Part shown: positions 39,789 through 55,625 of the stretch, piece by piece | Layout of the letters: each line of letters starts with the position of its first letter | How positions within the stretch are numbered: the stretch's first letter is position 1 | Origin: Chrysomallon squamiferum | Taxonomy: Eukaryota > Animalia > Mollusca | DNA length: 64,000 nt | NCBI GenBank assembly: GCA_012295275.1 | Contig: CM022678.1 | Location: 6,200,001-6,264,000 of the forward strand | Reading direction: 5' to 3' | Translations under genes and position numbers: made by a program | The notes under the pieces: model-generated | Told to the model about the DNA's origin: nothing | Database searches by the model: none | What the model saw: only the letters and a program-made list of their open reading frames with translations

Positions 39789-40219
39789 TTTATTCGTCAT
39801 AATTTAACATCCTTTTCCATTCCTCAGGTTTTCTTTTAAACTACATCACTAAACGTTAAATATCTCAATTTTACAGGACCGTGTCATTTTAACCTCAGTT
39901 ATATTGTTATAACACGGTCCCTCTGTGTGCAGTTATGGTCCTCTTGTATGTACGAAAATGTACATTTTCAGTTTTTATGACCATAAGCTCTGATTGGAAG
40001 AAAAGATAAAAATTCTCACTGACAGAAAACATTTGCTGTCAGTATTTATTTTTATTTACATTTTTATTTTTTCTTTAACACTTAAAAGATATTACCAGAG
40101 TTCCAAAGTCCATGTTGTTTTATAAGTAGCTGTATCCACTTCAGTGGTTTAACCCACATATCATCACACTTCTTTTTTTTTTATGTTTCAAAGTGACTAT
40201 CTAATTCAAGGTCAGATAT
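39789..40219 (-). repeat. About 430-bp dispersed repeat, copy B (inverted twin of 20014-20446)
   Basis: Same sequence in opposite orientation; abuts a (CT)n tract. Confidence 0.95.
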
Positions 40220-40223
40220 GTGT

Positions 40224-40485
<262 letters not shown>

Positions 40486-40954
40486 TTTGCAAGCTGTAAC
40501 ACTTTCAGTGCCAATAATACACAAACAACATACACATATACAAGTTAGAAAAAGAAAAACAGAAAAAGGAAAAATAAGGAACAGCAAGAAAGAAAAAAAA
40601 GACCAAAAAAAAAAAAAAAGAATTCAACTCTTAAAACATACAAAGGACTTGAATTTTAACTGAGAGAAAACATCTGTAAGTTTTTATCTACATTTTTTAA
40701 AATCTGCACCCAGTGCATGTCATCTGATAGCTAACTGTTAAAAAAAAAGGAAGATGTACTCTGGACATTGATATCTTCATAAAAAAACAAAAAGAATAAA
40801 AAAAAAACAACAACAAGAAAATGAAACAGAAAAAAATTAAAGAGCAACTAAAAAAAATTCTTTGTTTTTAGTTAAAATTCAAAAAAAAAAAAAAAAAAAA
40901 ATTCCAAAAATAAAAAGTACACTAAACAAAATTTTCAGTTTTAGTTTAAAAATC

Positions 40955-40991
<37 letters not shown>

Positions 40992-41490
40992 ATAAGATAT
41001 ATTACAGGAACTGGAATCTTTGTGGAAAAAAAAAAAAAAAAAGGTTTAGAGAGGAAAATAAATAAAATAAGTATAAAATGACAGAATAATATTCATAATT
41101 TTTATTGCCAAGTCAGTTTATAGGAGAAAAAAAAAAAAAAAAAAAAGCCAGGAAAAGATGAAAATGATGTTTTATGGCCGCTGGTATCTTCATAAAAAAA
41201 AAAAAAAAAATGAAAAATGAAAGGGAAAAACAGGAAAGAGCATGAAAAGAAGTCTAGAGATAAAAAAAATATATTTAAATGCCGAACAGAAAATATTCAT
41301 AGTTAAAAGTTATCATGACTGTTGAAAAAGTTCAAATAATAATAAAAGTGAAGAGAAAAAAGAGGTAGTAGTGTGTATATATATATAAAAAATATATAAA
41401 AAAATAATAATAAATAAACTGTACAGAACATTCATAGTTCTAAATAAATACCTTATTAACCACAAATGACCAAAAAAAAAAAAAAAAAAA

Positions 41491-41537
<47 letters not shown>

Positions 41538-41860
41538 TAAATAAATAAATAAATAAATTAAAAAAGAAACTCTAAACACAACACCACCATTAAAACTAAA
41601 ATAAAATAAAAAAAATAAAAAATTCACAGATTTATCGGTAACAATCTCTGGTGTAATAAAGATGAGTCTTTTTCGATTTATTCTTATCATCCTAATACTT
41701 CTTTTTTTTTCTCTCTCTCTCTCTCTCTTTTTTATCTCGACACAGTGACATGATTTGCTTCCTAAGACACCATCATTTGACAGTTTTTATGGAGCTTTAT
41801 ATTTAGAAGATGAAGCATCTGTATGATTTTTGAAATATTATTACTGCTTCTTTTTCCTTC

Positions 41861-41892
<32 letters not shown>

Positions 41893-42373
41893 CTGCCAGA
41901 ACAGTAATGTTTATGCCAGAAGGAAAAATTAATAGTTCTATCCAAGCTTGAAAAAAAAAAGATCCACAAAAAAATCAAATGGGGTGAACAAATAATAATA
42001 AAAAAGAAAAATAGAAGAAAAAAAAACTACAACAGGAAATGAAGAAAAAAAAAAAAACTGGTGTTTATGAAAAGAGGTTAAGAAAATAAAGAAATATTTT
42101 TAAAGAAGAAATATTAAGTAATAAAATAAAAAATAAAAAAACAACTAAAAAAAATTTAAATCTTTTATATCTAACAGGGCAAAAATATGTGGAAAAAGAT
42201 GAATACAATTACTGAGAAAGAGAAACACACTGGTTAGGATGACTTCAGCATTGAGCCATAACTAAAATCATGTACAAAAGAATTCATTATAATCGTGACC
42301 AAAAGACAACCAACAAAATGTGGTTAATGCTTATCCTTTAATCCTTAACGTCAACTGAAAAAGGTTGTGTGCT

Positions 42374-42985
42374 GTCTCTATAATGTATGTCTCTATAATG
42401 TATGTCTCTATGATGTATGTCTCTATGATGTATGTCTCGATAATGTATGTCTCTATAATGTATGTCTCGATAATGTATGTCTCTATAATGTATGTCTCTA
42501 TAATGTATGTCTCTATAATGTATGTCTCTATAATGTATGTCTCTATAATGTATGTCTCTATGATGTATGTCTCTATAATGTATGTCTCTATAATGTATGT
42601 CTCGATAATGTATGTCTCTATAATGTATGTCTCTATGATGTATGTCTCTATAATGTATGTCTCGATAATGTATGTCTCTATGATGTATGTCTCTATAATG
42701 TATGTCTCTATAATGTATGTCTCTGTGATGTATGTCTCTATAATGTATGTCTCTGTAATGTATGTCTCTATGATGTATGTCTCGATAATGTATGTCTCTA
42801 TAATGTATGTCTATGTCTATAATGTATGTCTCTATGATGTATGTCTCTATAATGTATGTCTCTGTAATGTATGTCTCTATGATGTATGTCTCTATAATGT
42901 ATGTCTCTATGATGTATGTCTCTATGATGTATGTCTCTATAATGTATGTCTCTATAATGTATGTCTCTATAATGTATGTCTCTGT
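42374..42985. repeat. 15-bp minisatellite, about 40 units
   Basis: TGTATGTCTC(T/G)AT(A/G)A; one register shift near 42811. Confidence 0.97.
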
Positions 42986-44160
42986 CATTAGGTGTAAAAG
43001 TAACACTAAACAGATGATGCTACTTTCTGTTATTACCTGAGTTCCCAGTGTCATTGCTAATACTTGAATCCAGCCAAAAATCCACTACCTCCTGAAACAT
43101 CTCGCTAGCTCGTTAGTTTTTTAAATTTCCACAACACAAAACCTTTTTAGCCTCTTAGTACAAATATTTCCCCCCATCGCTCTGCTTTCAAATTTTTTCC
43201 CTTTTACCCTGTTGTAGAAATATTTCTGGATTACCTGTAAGTCTGGCTACTACAGAATTTTAACTTCATGCAGTTTTAACCTGATGTCCTGAAGATAGGT
43301 CATTATTATTATTATTTTTTTTTTTTAAATTTATTATAATAAATATGGAATCACATTTTTTTTTTTTTTTTTTTTTTTTTTATTTTTCTTTCTAGTGATG
43401 CTGCAACAGTTTTAATTTCGGGGGGATCTTTTATTTTATTTTTATTTAATTTAATTTTATTTTATTTTTTTTATTTTTTATTTTTTTTATATATATCTGT
43501 CATTATAATCTATCTTGTAATGAATGGTGGACTAAAATGAATGAGTAATTAATACAAAAATAATTCTTTACACTTTTCTTCTTCGTGAGAATCAGAACCT
43601 AACTGCAAAATGGCATGGTAAGTATACTGGTGGAAGCATACTGATTGTAGTAGTAACAGTAGCAGTTGTCGCTGGTGATACTGATGAAAGCGGTGTTAAC
43701 TGTAGTAGTAATAGGTAAACAGTAGCACAGTAGAAGAAGCAGACATGACAGTATTTGTACTAGTAGCTGAAGTAGTGGTAGATACAACTGTAGTAGTAGC
43801 AAAGGTACAAAGCAGTTGAAATGATAGTAGTACTAATGGTATTAGTAGTAATGATGGTGGTACTAATGGTACTGGAACAGCGATACAAATAATAGAAGGG
43901 TAATCATAGTTACAATAGTAGCAGTAGCAGAACTACAAATGGTAGTAATAACAGTAATAGTAGTAGTAGTAGTAGTAGTAGTAGCAGCAATGGAGGTAGA
44001 CATAGTAGAAGTAGAAGTAAAAGTAGCATGTGCAATCATTAATATTCATTCCCATCCTGAAATCTCAACTGTATAAATATTTTTATATACTACTTGTTAC
44101 AGACACAGAATATAAATTGAAAAAAAAAAAAAAAAAATAAAAAATAAATAAAAAAATAAA

Positions 44161-44239
<79 letters not shown>

Positions 44240-44491
44240 CAATAAAAAAAAAAAAAATAAAAAAATAAAATAAAATAAAAAACATAAATAAAAAAAAAAT
44301 AGAAATAAAATAAAATATTAACAGTAATAAAAAATAAATAAATGACAATAATAAAACACACTAGAATGTAACTGCCTGTTTAATAATCTTTGAACAGCAA
44401 TAGAATGGAAACTTTGTTCAAGCTGTGTAAATATTTTTCTCACACCAATTAGAAACACACAGAGGACTGTGCAAACACACATCTGAAGATG

Positions 44492-44529
<38 letters not shown>

Positions 44530-44602
44530 ACCATATGCAAGTGTCTGTTATGTTATCTGTTTCTTTAACAAACCATTCCCATGAGAAACTACCCCAAAAG
44601 AA

Positions 44603-44634
<32 letters not shown>

Positions 44635-44937
44635 CATATAAAAATATATATAAAAAAAAAATATATAAAAATAAAAATAAAAATAAAATAAAAATAAAAA
44701 TAAATAAACAAAAAGATAAACAAGTAAATAAACATAAAATAAAAAAATAAAAATAAAAGATTCAGTATTCTGAATTTGTAAATATATTTTAAACCACATT
44801 ATTATTATTATTATTATTATGTTTACAGCACCAAATACATATACAGATGGATGTGCTAAAAAATACATTATGTGCTAAATAAAACTATGTGGATTTTGTG
44901 TATGTTTTTACTTTTTTATACTTTTACAAATATTTAT

Positions 44938-45000
<63 letters not shown>

Positions 45001-45616
45001 GTCTCTCTCTGTGTGTCTGTATCTCTCACACACACACACACACACACACAGCAACATACACACACAAACATACACACAACACACACATACAGACACAGAC
45101 ACACACAGACAGACAGACACACACTCACACAAAAGTACAATGGCAAGAAAGCACAGCACTGATTTACTCCTTTCTATGAAGTTTACCACTCGTTTCAAAC
45201 AGCTGTTGATACTGAATATAAAGATAACACAGCTTTTATTTATTTCTCCACCTTTTTTTTTTCTCTCATATTACACACAAGTGGTAAGAAAGAAAAAAAA
45301 AAAAAAAAAAAAAAGAAAGAACAAAAAACAAATCTAAAACACACAGCTTGAGTAATGTTTCAGTTTTACTCCTTTTTTTTAAATTTTCTGTCTTAAAAAC
45401 TCACATTCACACATAGACAAAAACATTGAATTTACTTCCATGATTTATAGCATCAGCTTAAACTATATGTTAAGAACATATTGTCATTAATGTTACTATT
45501 ATTATTATTATCACTATTACACACACACACACACACACACATGCACACAGAGCATACATATATATATATATATACACATACATTTTATATTGATATATAT
45601 ATACTCACACACATAC

Positions 45617-45651
<35 letters not shown>

Positions 45652-45780
45652 TACATATATACACAAACATACACATACATATATGATACATACATATATG
45701 ATATACATACATATATGATATACATACATACAGATACATACATACACATATATACACACATACACATTTATATACAAACA

Positions 45781-45905
45781 AATATATATACATCCATAAC
45801 AAACATACACACATATATATACATCCATAACAAACATACACACATATATATACATCCATAACAAACATACACACATATATATACATCCATAACAAACATA
45901 CGCAC
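45781..45905. repeat. 31-bp tandem repeat, 4 units
   Basis: CATCCATAACAAACATACACACATATATATA. Confidence 0.9.
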
Positions 45906-46218
45906 ATATATACACACATACACGCACACATTATATTGTTGTATATCAGGTTATTGTGTTTTTTCTTTATCTTTTTTTTTGCTTTTTTTTTTTTATATTA
46001 GTTTGAACAAAAACATCTATAAATTAAACTAAATTTTGTCATTTTATCTTTCTACATTTTTTTCAACACTCCTTTGTTTTTTTTTAAATAAAAAAAAAAA
46101 CAAAAAAAAACAAGCCAAGTGTTAAGTAATAAAGTGCCTATCTTTGAAACATATCACAGTAACCACATTTTAAAAACATTAACAGAGAAATAAAAAAAAA
46201 AAAAAAAAAAGGAAAAAG

Positions 46219-46257
<39 letters not shown>

Positions 46258-46437
46258 GCCAAAAACAAGATGTTAGAAATGTAAGAGTTACAAAAAAAAA
46301 CAAAAAACGAATTATTATAAGAAATAAAATAAATCAATCAATACTACTACTACTACTACTACTAATAATAATAATAAAATATTGGACAGTAAACAAAAAT
46401 TACAGAAATTATTGAACTAGAGAGCAAGATATTAAAC

Positions 46438-46472
<35 letters not shown>

Positions 46473-46656
46473 TAATAATAATAATAATAATAAAATATTG
46501 ACAGTAAACAAAAAGTACATAAATTATTAAACTAGAGAGCATGATAATAATAATAATAACATTAAAATAATAATAATAATCATAATAAGAAGAAGAAGAA
46601 GAAGAAGAAGAAAAAGAGTAACAATAGTAGCAGCAGCAGTAGCAGTTGTGGTAATA

Positions 46657-46690
<34 letters not shown>

Positions 46691-46740
46691 AGCAATAATA
46701 ATAATAATAATAATATACATACTCCACTAAACAGAACTAG

Positions 46741-46773
<33 letters not shown>

Positions 46774-47562
46774 GAAAACAAGAAAAGTTCTTTGGATGTC
46801 AGGAATTCTTTGTTTTCATCAACCATCGGAACTATCAGATGTCTAGGAATTTTAAACTCTGCCAGGGAAACCCTAGAACAGTTCCAAATACAGTCACAGT
46901 TCCCTGTTACGTTAAAGAACTGTAAAAAGAACAAGAGTTAATGGCCTTGAACAGAGTTAATGGCCTTGAACCAAGTGCACCTAAAGATGACATGCTAGGA
47001 GTTACGTGTTTTGGATGATTAATTAAAGTAGTGTTTTAATCTGTGTTTAGTAATACTGGACATGAAAAGATTACAAGGGTTACTGTTGTTTGTTGTTGTT
47101 TTTGGGGGTTTTTTTTGCATTCAGCTGTTTGAAATATTTCCATCACAATATGTAGATTATCTGTATCTCTCTCCTCTCACAGTTTCTAATTCTCCTTCTA
47201 TTTCTCTCACATATATGAACTATATAAATATATATAAATATTAAATATTTTATACAGGTATAACTGAAAGTTTTAGTTTATTTCAAAATGCTACTATTAA
47301 TTATTAATAAAAAAAAAAAAACATTTAAAACACAAAAAAATACAACTATGTATACATATTTACACAAATATGCCTGTTGAAAATAAATTAAAATAAATGT
47401 TAACTTTTGAAAATCTCAATTAATTACAAGCAGAAACACACACACACTCACACACACAGACACACACTATCTATACATATTTACACAACTGTGCCTGATG
47501 AAAATAAATTATAAGAAATGTTGTTTATTTTTGAAAATCTCTATTAATTATAAACAAAAACA

Positions 47563-47615
<53 letters not shown>

Positions 47616-47668
47616 CACACACACACAACAAACACACAACACACACACAGACACACACACACACACAC

Positions 47669-47706
<38 letters not shown>

Positions 47707-47722
47707 ACACACACACACAACA

Positions 47723-47777
<55 letters not shown>

Positions 47778-47928
47778 CACACACACACACACACGACACA
47801 TACGACACACACCACACACCACAACAGACACACACAGAAACAACACACACACACACACACACACACACAGAGAAACTCACACACACACACAGAAACAACA
47901 CAAAAACACACACACACACAACACACAC

Positions 47929-47961
<33 letters not shown>

Positions 47962-48334
47962 CAGTCACCTACCTAGTGATCCAAAGCTATACCAACAAGC
48001 TTACATAGTGTTACCTAACCTCTGCATCACATGGGATCTGATAAACCACTTATAAACTATCTGTTTCAGCTAATGACTAACATACAGCGATACATCAGTC
48101 TGTGTGTACAAATCTGTTAGCTATTAAAACTGTGTACCAGCAACAAATGAGGAAAATTAATACATGCATGCAGAGTAGTTACATAAAAATCACAAAAAAT
48201 ACCTGTGTGCAACCACAATATACCCAGCACCCATATACAGACCTATAGTTAGAAACATATACACCCAGACACACAAATACACTACCGATGTATACAAGTT
48301 AACCAGTATCAGCGATTTCTTGATGATACACATA

Positions 48335-48374
<40 letters not shown>

Positions 48375-48683
48375 GTCAAAAATGTGACACATATACACAC
48401 ATTTTTATTTAATTAAAAATTTGAATATTTAAATAATACAGCTTCTATACAAAAACATTTGCACATATGTTATAACCCCCACATACATCTATTCCTTATA
48501 TTATTTTAATTTTAATAATAAATAAATAAATAAATAAATAAATAAACAATGCAAAATAAAATAGTTTAAAATGACGTCTTTTAAAAGCTTATAGAGACCA
48601 ACTGTTAACAATTTTTGAGTGAAAACGTTTCTCCCATTTAATTTGTATCCTAATATCTGTTATTTACCTTTCACCTAACAATT

Positions 48684-48744
<61 letters not shown>

Positions 48745-50917
48745 GAAAGAGAAAGAGAGACAGAGAAAGAGAAACACATTCAAATAAAATAATTACCAAT
48801 ATATCTGTTTTATACCGTTTTTCCAAAATAAACACATTATACTTTCCATGCATTAAAAAAATATATATAAATAAATAAATAATTTTTAGAAACCTATTAT
48901 TATCATCCTAACAATAGTCTAAAATAATAATATAAATTAATTTATCATTCACCTGACAGTTACATTGTATCATTAGACTTACTCATCTTCCTTTGATTAT
49001 TAAAAAGGTAACAAGGCCACCAGTGAAACAGAATCAATTGAGCATACACTGAAACGTCTGCATATATAAACAGTAATTACCATGTAACCCCCATTGTTAA
49101 ATAATTGTCTTGCCCCTGGTATCAAGTAGACTGTAATTTATTCACACAATAGTGTATAAAAGAAATAACACTGTGTGTGACACAGTAAATATTAATGGTG
49201 TAGTATTACTTTAAGTGGGTTGTATATCATTTGTGTATAGTACATGTGTAATACCGTTGAGGTAGGTGATTATGGTTCAAGGGCAGATAACCTCGAGTAA
49301 CGCGATAAGGAATTAGTAAAGGTTTAAGTGCAGCTGATATAAACTGAAAATTGTCAAGTGGAAGATATGATTATTTTGTTTTATTTTAGTCATGTTTTGC
49401 TGACTCAAATAAATTTTATTTATACTTTAGTTGTTTTGGTTTTTTTTTAAACTGTTTTTATTTGTTTGTTTGTCTGTTTATTTATTTATTTATTTATTTA
49501 TCTGTTGAACACAATGATTATGGCTGCACAAAAACATATCACATCTAATATCATATATCACAAACAAATCAGCCACTTCAATACAGAAACAAGAACGTAA
49601 CACTGTTTAAAAAGAATGTAACAAAATGACACTGAAGACAAAACGAACAATATAATTTTTCGTGTAAAACTCATTACAAGCAGTTCATAAATGTATCGGA
49701 ACTAATTGTAGTAGATTTTATTTTTTAACATCTTCACTACTGACAAGGGTGTCATAATTTTAACAGGGAAAAAATATAAAACTATGGTAAACATTAATGT
49801 ATAAACCAGACAGTGAAGGAAACATGATATTACACACCTGACTATATAAAATATTTTTTTTTTTTTTTTTTTTTTAAGACTTTTAAACTTTGTATTTTAA
49901 TTTGCATGCAAATGGGTTACTTACAGTTTTGATATCGTCTTGTATGTCGCTGCTGCTATACTTTATTATCAACAAAGGCTGATGCGCAGTAATAAAAAAA
50001 AAAATCCCTATGGTGATATTCGACACTTTAGAATGATAATGTATCCAGTAATAAATAAAACGTGAATTAAAACAGACACTTAGAAGCATGGAAATGAAAT
50101 TTAATCGGCATGTTTGCACCACACCTAACACACATGACAAACTGTATTTAGCAAAAAGAAAAAGAAAAAAAAAGAAAAAAAAAAAAAAAAAAAAAAAGAC
50201 GATGGAATAAAAAAAAAAAAAAAAATGACAGGTATTTGATCCACTTCTCACGAAATTGAAACCAGAGAGGTGTACAAAAAGTCATAAAAGACTTAACTTG
50301 AGAAATGCTACACCTGATATTATACGTAAATCAATACCCTTTAAAAAAACTGTCAGAATTTTTATATCTGCACAACTGGTCAATGACATTTGTAAAAATA
50401 CACGAAAATCACCTAACAAAAATGTTTGCTTGAGGACTGATAGACAGTGGGATCAATACTCAATACTGCTGCTTGGAGGTCAGAGTTCATTAGATTAACC
50501 TCTAGAATACTAGCAGTTGAGTTTTGATGTCTCACAACACACTGAGCTATACCAGAACCTTTGCTGTACTGCAAAACAGCATCAATCCAGTATGAAGCTA
50601 CGCTTTAGTCTGTTTCTAATTAAATCATTTAATCATTTAGACAATGATACCAGTCTTAACAGTGAACAACTTAATGGGTGATATGTAACATGAATAATGT
50701 CCCATTCTAGACGGTACTCACTGATGTTCAAAGGCTGTGGTATGTACTGTCCTGTATGTGGATACAGATGTGTAGGAATAAATATCTGTTATTTAATGGT
50801 GTACACAACCCATTTTAAATTTATGTTTGGGTTTTTTTTTTTTTAGGGCAAGGTTTATAATCATGATCAGTGGGAACTGATTAATGACATGTTGAATTAA
50901 GAACATGAATAAATGAA

Positions 50918-50948
<31 letters not shown>

Positions 50949-51142
50949 ATGAATAAAAAAAAATTAAAATGTAAGAACAAAAATTAAAGAAAGAAAGTAA
51001 AAAAAGGCTAATAATCTACAGCTATTTTTATATCTAAATTCAAGTATAAAATATTAAAGCAATACTAAGGCTGGAAATGATGTTAATCTATATTAATTGA
51101 ATATTTAAAAAAAAAAATGTTAAACACATACAGACATGGTTA

Positions 51143-51201
<59 letters not shown>

Positions 51202-52233
51202 TATTATTCATTAATTTTTGAAATTTTTTTTTATTAAATTAAATTCATTTTATTATGTTCCCATCACTTTCTATAACAATATTATTTCTACCTAAGACAG
51301 ACAGAAAGAAAAGAGACACAGATTATATTTAAGAATAAATGGAGGCCTACAGCTGGTAAGGGCTGGAAAGGTAGAGAGGGCAAGAGAGACATTTATAGCA
51401 TGAAATGATAAGAGTGTCATCATAATTAGATTATTAACTTAAGTGAAATGATAACTGTAAAGATAACTGTAGGTGAAGTACTGTTATGTAAATAAATAAA
51501 TAAATAAATATATAAATATATATAAATATATATAAACACAACAAAAAAGAGAAAAATAAAAATGGAAAAGATATAAAAAAAAAAACAATATTCATTGATA
51601 CAGAAATGGTTATAAAACTAAACTCACTTAAGCATAGAAACACATATACATACAGACACATCACACATACAGACACATAAACACACACATACACACACAC
51701 ACACACTGCATAGACAGACATACACAGGCATGCACACACAGAGATAAACACACAGACACATAAACACACACACACACACACACACACTGCATAGACAGAC
51801 ATACACAGGCATGCACACACAGAGATAAACACACAGACACATGCACACACACACACACACACAGAGAGACAGACACACTCATACATATACATACAGGCTT
51901 ATACATATTGTTTAACAGTTCTGTGTAAATATACAAAGGTAGGTAACCTACTAACAGTAGGTTAAAGTGTTAATGAATTCTATTCAATCCCTCGCCACTG
52001 AGTTAGTAAAGAGTCGTAGTTAATCATCCACAGTAATTAGTTCAAGAATTAAGAATGTGAACTGTTACAGGATAGATAGATAGATAGATAGACAGACAGA
52101 TAGACATAGATAGACAGACAGACAGATAGACAGATAGATAGATAGACAGACAGACAGAAAAAAACAGACAGACAGACATAAAGATAGAGATAGATAGATA
52201 GATAGATAGACAGATAGATAGATAGAGATAGAG

Positions 52234-52296
<63 letters not shown>

Positions 52297-53185
52297 AAGA
52301 TAGAGATAGATAGATAGACAGATAGATAGATAGATAGACAGCCAGACAGATAAACAGATGAATAGATGGACGGATATATAGATAGAGAGATGATATCAAG
52401 AGAGAAAGAAAAGAATGAGAGACAGAGGGAAATATAAAAAGACTGAAGGAAAAGAAAAGAGAGAAAGAAACAGAGGGATAGGTATAAAGGGAGAAAAGAA
52501 AACAGAGACAGACAGAGGGAGATATATATATATATAAAGAGCAAAAGAAGAGAAAGAGAGAAAGGGGACAGATTATAAAGAGAAAGAAAAGAAAGAGACA
52601 GAGAAAGGGAGAAAAAAATCAAAAAGCAAGAATGAGTTAGTAAGAGAGAATGTGTAAAACCAAGACAGATGAAAAGAGATGGAACAAGAGAAACAAAAAA
52701 CAATTAACAAAAAAACAAAAAAAAAAAAAAAACAAAAAAACAACAACCCCAAGAAACAAAAGAATGAAAAAAAATAAACCAATGAAAGAGTGAAATAAAC
52801 TCGAAACAACGAGGAAACAAAAACAGTCCAAGAAACAAGAAGAAAGAAAGAAAAAAAAAAGAAAAGAAAGAACGAAAGAAGCATGCTTTAACCCGCTGAT
52901 GTACCACAGATTAAACCTTACAAGACAATGAGACATTCATTCTCAAGCTCAACAAGTCTGCTCAGTGCTGAAAGACTTTGAATCTCAGTTAAGATACAAA
53001 ATCTCTGCTGCTGGTTTTGTGTGGGTTTTTTTTTTTTATTTTTTTTTTTATCCTTGAGAACTCTGCATCTATTACAAGGGTTTAGATTGTTGAGGGAAAG
53101 AGAGAGGAGGAGGCTGGACCAGAGGCAACATCTGACTCTGAGAGTTAATTAATCTTTACTGCAAATTGCAGCAGTCTGTGAAAAC

Positions 53186-53389
53186 AGAATTTTTGAATTT
53201 ACTACACGGTTGACAAGACTTATTATATGGAATCCAGAGAACTCTGATTGAAATAGGGTAAATAGCCTGATAAAGAGTACTTTTTGGAATGGGAAATACC
53301 TTAAATTGGAATTTTTTGAATTTACTACAGGGTTGACAAGACTTATTATATGGAATCCAGAAAACTGATTGAAATAGGGAAATAGCCTA

Positions 53390-53422
<33 letters not shown>

Positions 53423-54200
53423 ACTTTTTGGAATAGGAAATACCTTAAATTGGAATTTTTTGAATTTACTACAGGGTTGACAAGACTTATATGGAATCCA
53501 GAAAACTCTGATTGAAATAGGGGAAATAACCTAATAAAGAGTTCTTTTTGGAATGGGAAATACCTTAAATTGGAATTTTTTTTGAATTTACTACAGGGTT
53601 GACAAGACTTATTATATGGAATCCAGAAAACTCTGATTGAAATGGGGAAATAGCCTAATATATATATAGAGAGAGAGAGTACTTTTTGGAATAGGAAATA
53701 CCTTAAATTGGAATTTTTGTGCTTTCTACAGGGTTGACAAGACTGTTATATGGAATCCAGAAAACTATTGAAATGGGGAAATAGCCTAATAAAGAGTACT
53801 TTTGGAAATGGGAAATAGCTTAAATTGGAATTTTTGTGTTTACTATAGGGTTGACAAGGCTATTTATTATATGAAATCCAGAAAACTCTGATTGAAATGG
53901 GGAAAAAGCCTAATTTATATAGAGAGTACTCTTTGGAATGGGAAATACTTCAACAGGAATTCTTGAATTTACTACTGTTATATGAAATCCAGAAAACTGT
54001 GATTGAAATCAGGAAAAAGCCTAATATATATATAGAGAGTACTCTTTGGAATGGGAAATACTTCAACAGGAACTCTTGAATTTACTACAGGGTTAATAAA
54101 ACCATTATATGAAATCCAGAAAACTGTGACTGAAATAGGTAAACAGCCTAATATATCTAGAGAGTACTCTTTGGAATGGGAAATACCTCAAATGAGAAAA
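53186..54200. repeat. About 120-bp satellite, about 8 units
   Basis: GAATTTACTACAGGGTTGACAAGACTTATTATATGGAATCCAGAAAACTCTGATTGAAAT...GAGTACTTTTTGGAATGGGAAATACC. Some units contain (TA)n(GA)n expansions. Confidence 0.95.
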
Positions 54201-55121
54201 GCCTGAAAATATTTGATCCTACTTATGCATGTTTTATATTAAATAAAACTGAAATGGTGACTATACCTACATAATGCTTAAGTCAGATATTAACATTACC
54301 TGAAGTCCATAGATAAAAGAACAGGTTAAGAGAGAGAGAGAGAGAGGAGCACCGACTAGAATGGGATATAGCCCAAAGGGCATGACATAAAAACTGAATC
54401 TAGTTCATTTGTTGAATAACAAGCAAACTGTGCAAAATCTATATACACTGAGTCAACTATTGTTATTATTACACGAAGTTAGTGAATGAAATACAGAGAT
54501 GGAGAAATGGTTAGATTTGGAAATCACCCAAAAAGAGAAAACTAAAGATTTATACCCATTTATTTTTTTTTTTCTTCATCAATAACAATGAACCTAAACA
54601 ACTCAAAACAAGATGAGTCTTACTATTATCACTACTATTATCACGAAATTCGTGGATCGCAGAAATGAAAATTATAAGAAGCACCGACCGGAATGGTAAA
54701 AGCAGCTCTGTGAGGACCTGAACTAGATAGAAATGATGTGAACAGTAACAACGAAAGCAGAGATCTCTCTCTACACATGCTGAATAATCAGAACACTGCC
54801 ATTACAAGCAGCTCTTGGCTGATGAAAGGAGATTATGAGAGATTTTCGAAAGCTGAGATTAAGTCAACACTGAGAAAGAATGAGACCACCATTGCAGGTC
54901 AAAGGTTAAACAGCGTAAAGCCTGGGCTGTAGACAGAGTTGTGTAAACACTTGCTTTTATTACACAGTGAAACAATAAAAGAGGGTGGATGTGAAATACT
55001 TTTAGTTTTATCACCAGGAGGAAAAAAATAAATAATGAAAACCTGTGGATTAAAAAATCTTTGATTTTATCACACACTAAAACAAGTAAAAAACAACAAA
55101 AAAAAAACATTCTGTATGTGC

Positions 55122-55166
<45 letters not shown>

Positions 55167-55196
55167 TGTGTGTATATATATATGTATGTGTTGGAA

Positions 55197-55227
<31 letters not shown>

Positions 55228-55359
55228 TGTATGTGTGTGTGTGTATGTGTGTATGTATGTATGTATGTATGTATATATATGTATGTATGTATATATATGT
55301 GTGTGTGTGTGTATTATTTGTGTATGAGTTGGAAATATGTATGCATGTATGTATGTATG

Positions 55360-55391
<32 letters not shown>

Positions 55392-55409
55392 TGTATTTAT
55401 GTATGTATA

Positions 55410-55466
<57 letters not shown>

Positions 55467-55521
55467 GTATGTATATATATATGTATGTATATATATATAT
55501 ATATGTGTGTGTGTGTTTATG

Positions 55522-55625
<104 letters not shown>

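Noticed and set aside
42338-43054. RDIHY / YVSIM / NVCLY repeat ORFs
   Set aside because: A 15-bp minisatellite open in several frames, with a register shift near 42811.
50700-50830. Possible decayed SINE core (CAAAGGCTGTGGTATGTACTGTCCTGT)
   Set aside because: Resembles a gastropod repeat from memory only; no second copy or Pol III boxes here to support it.
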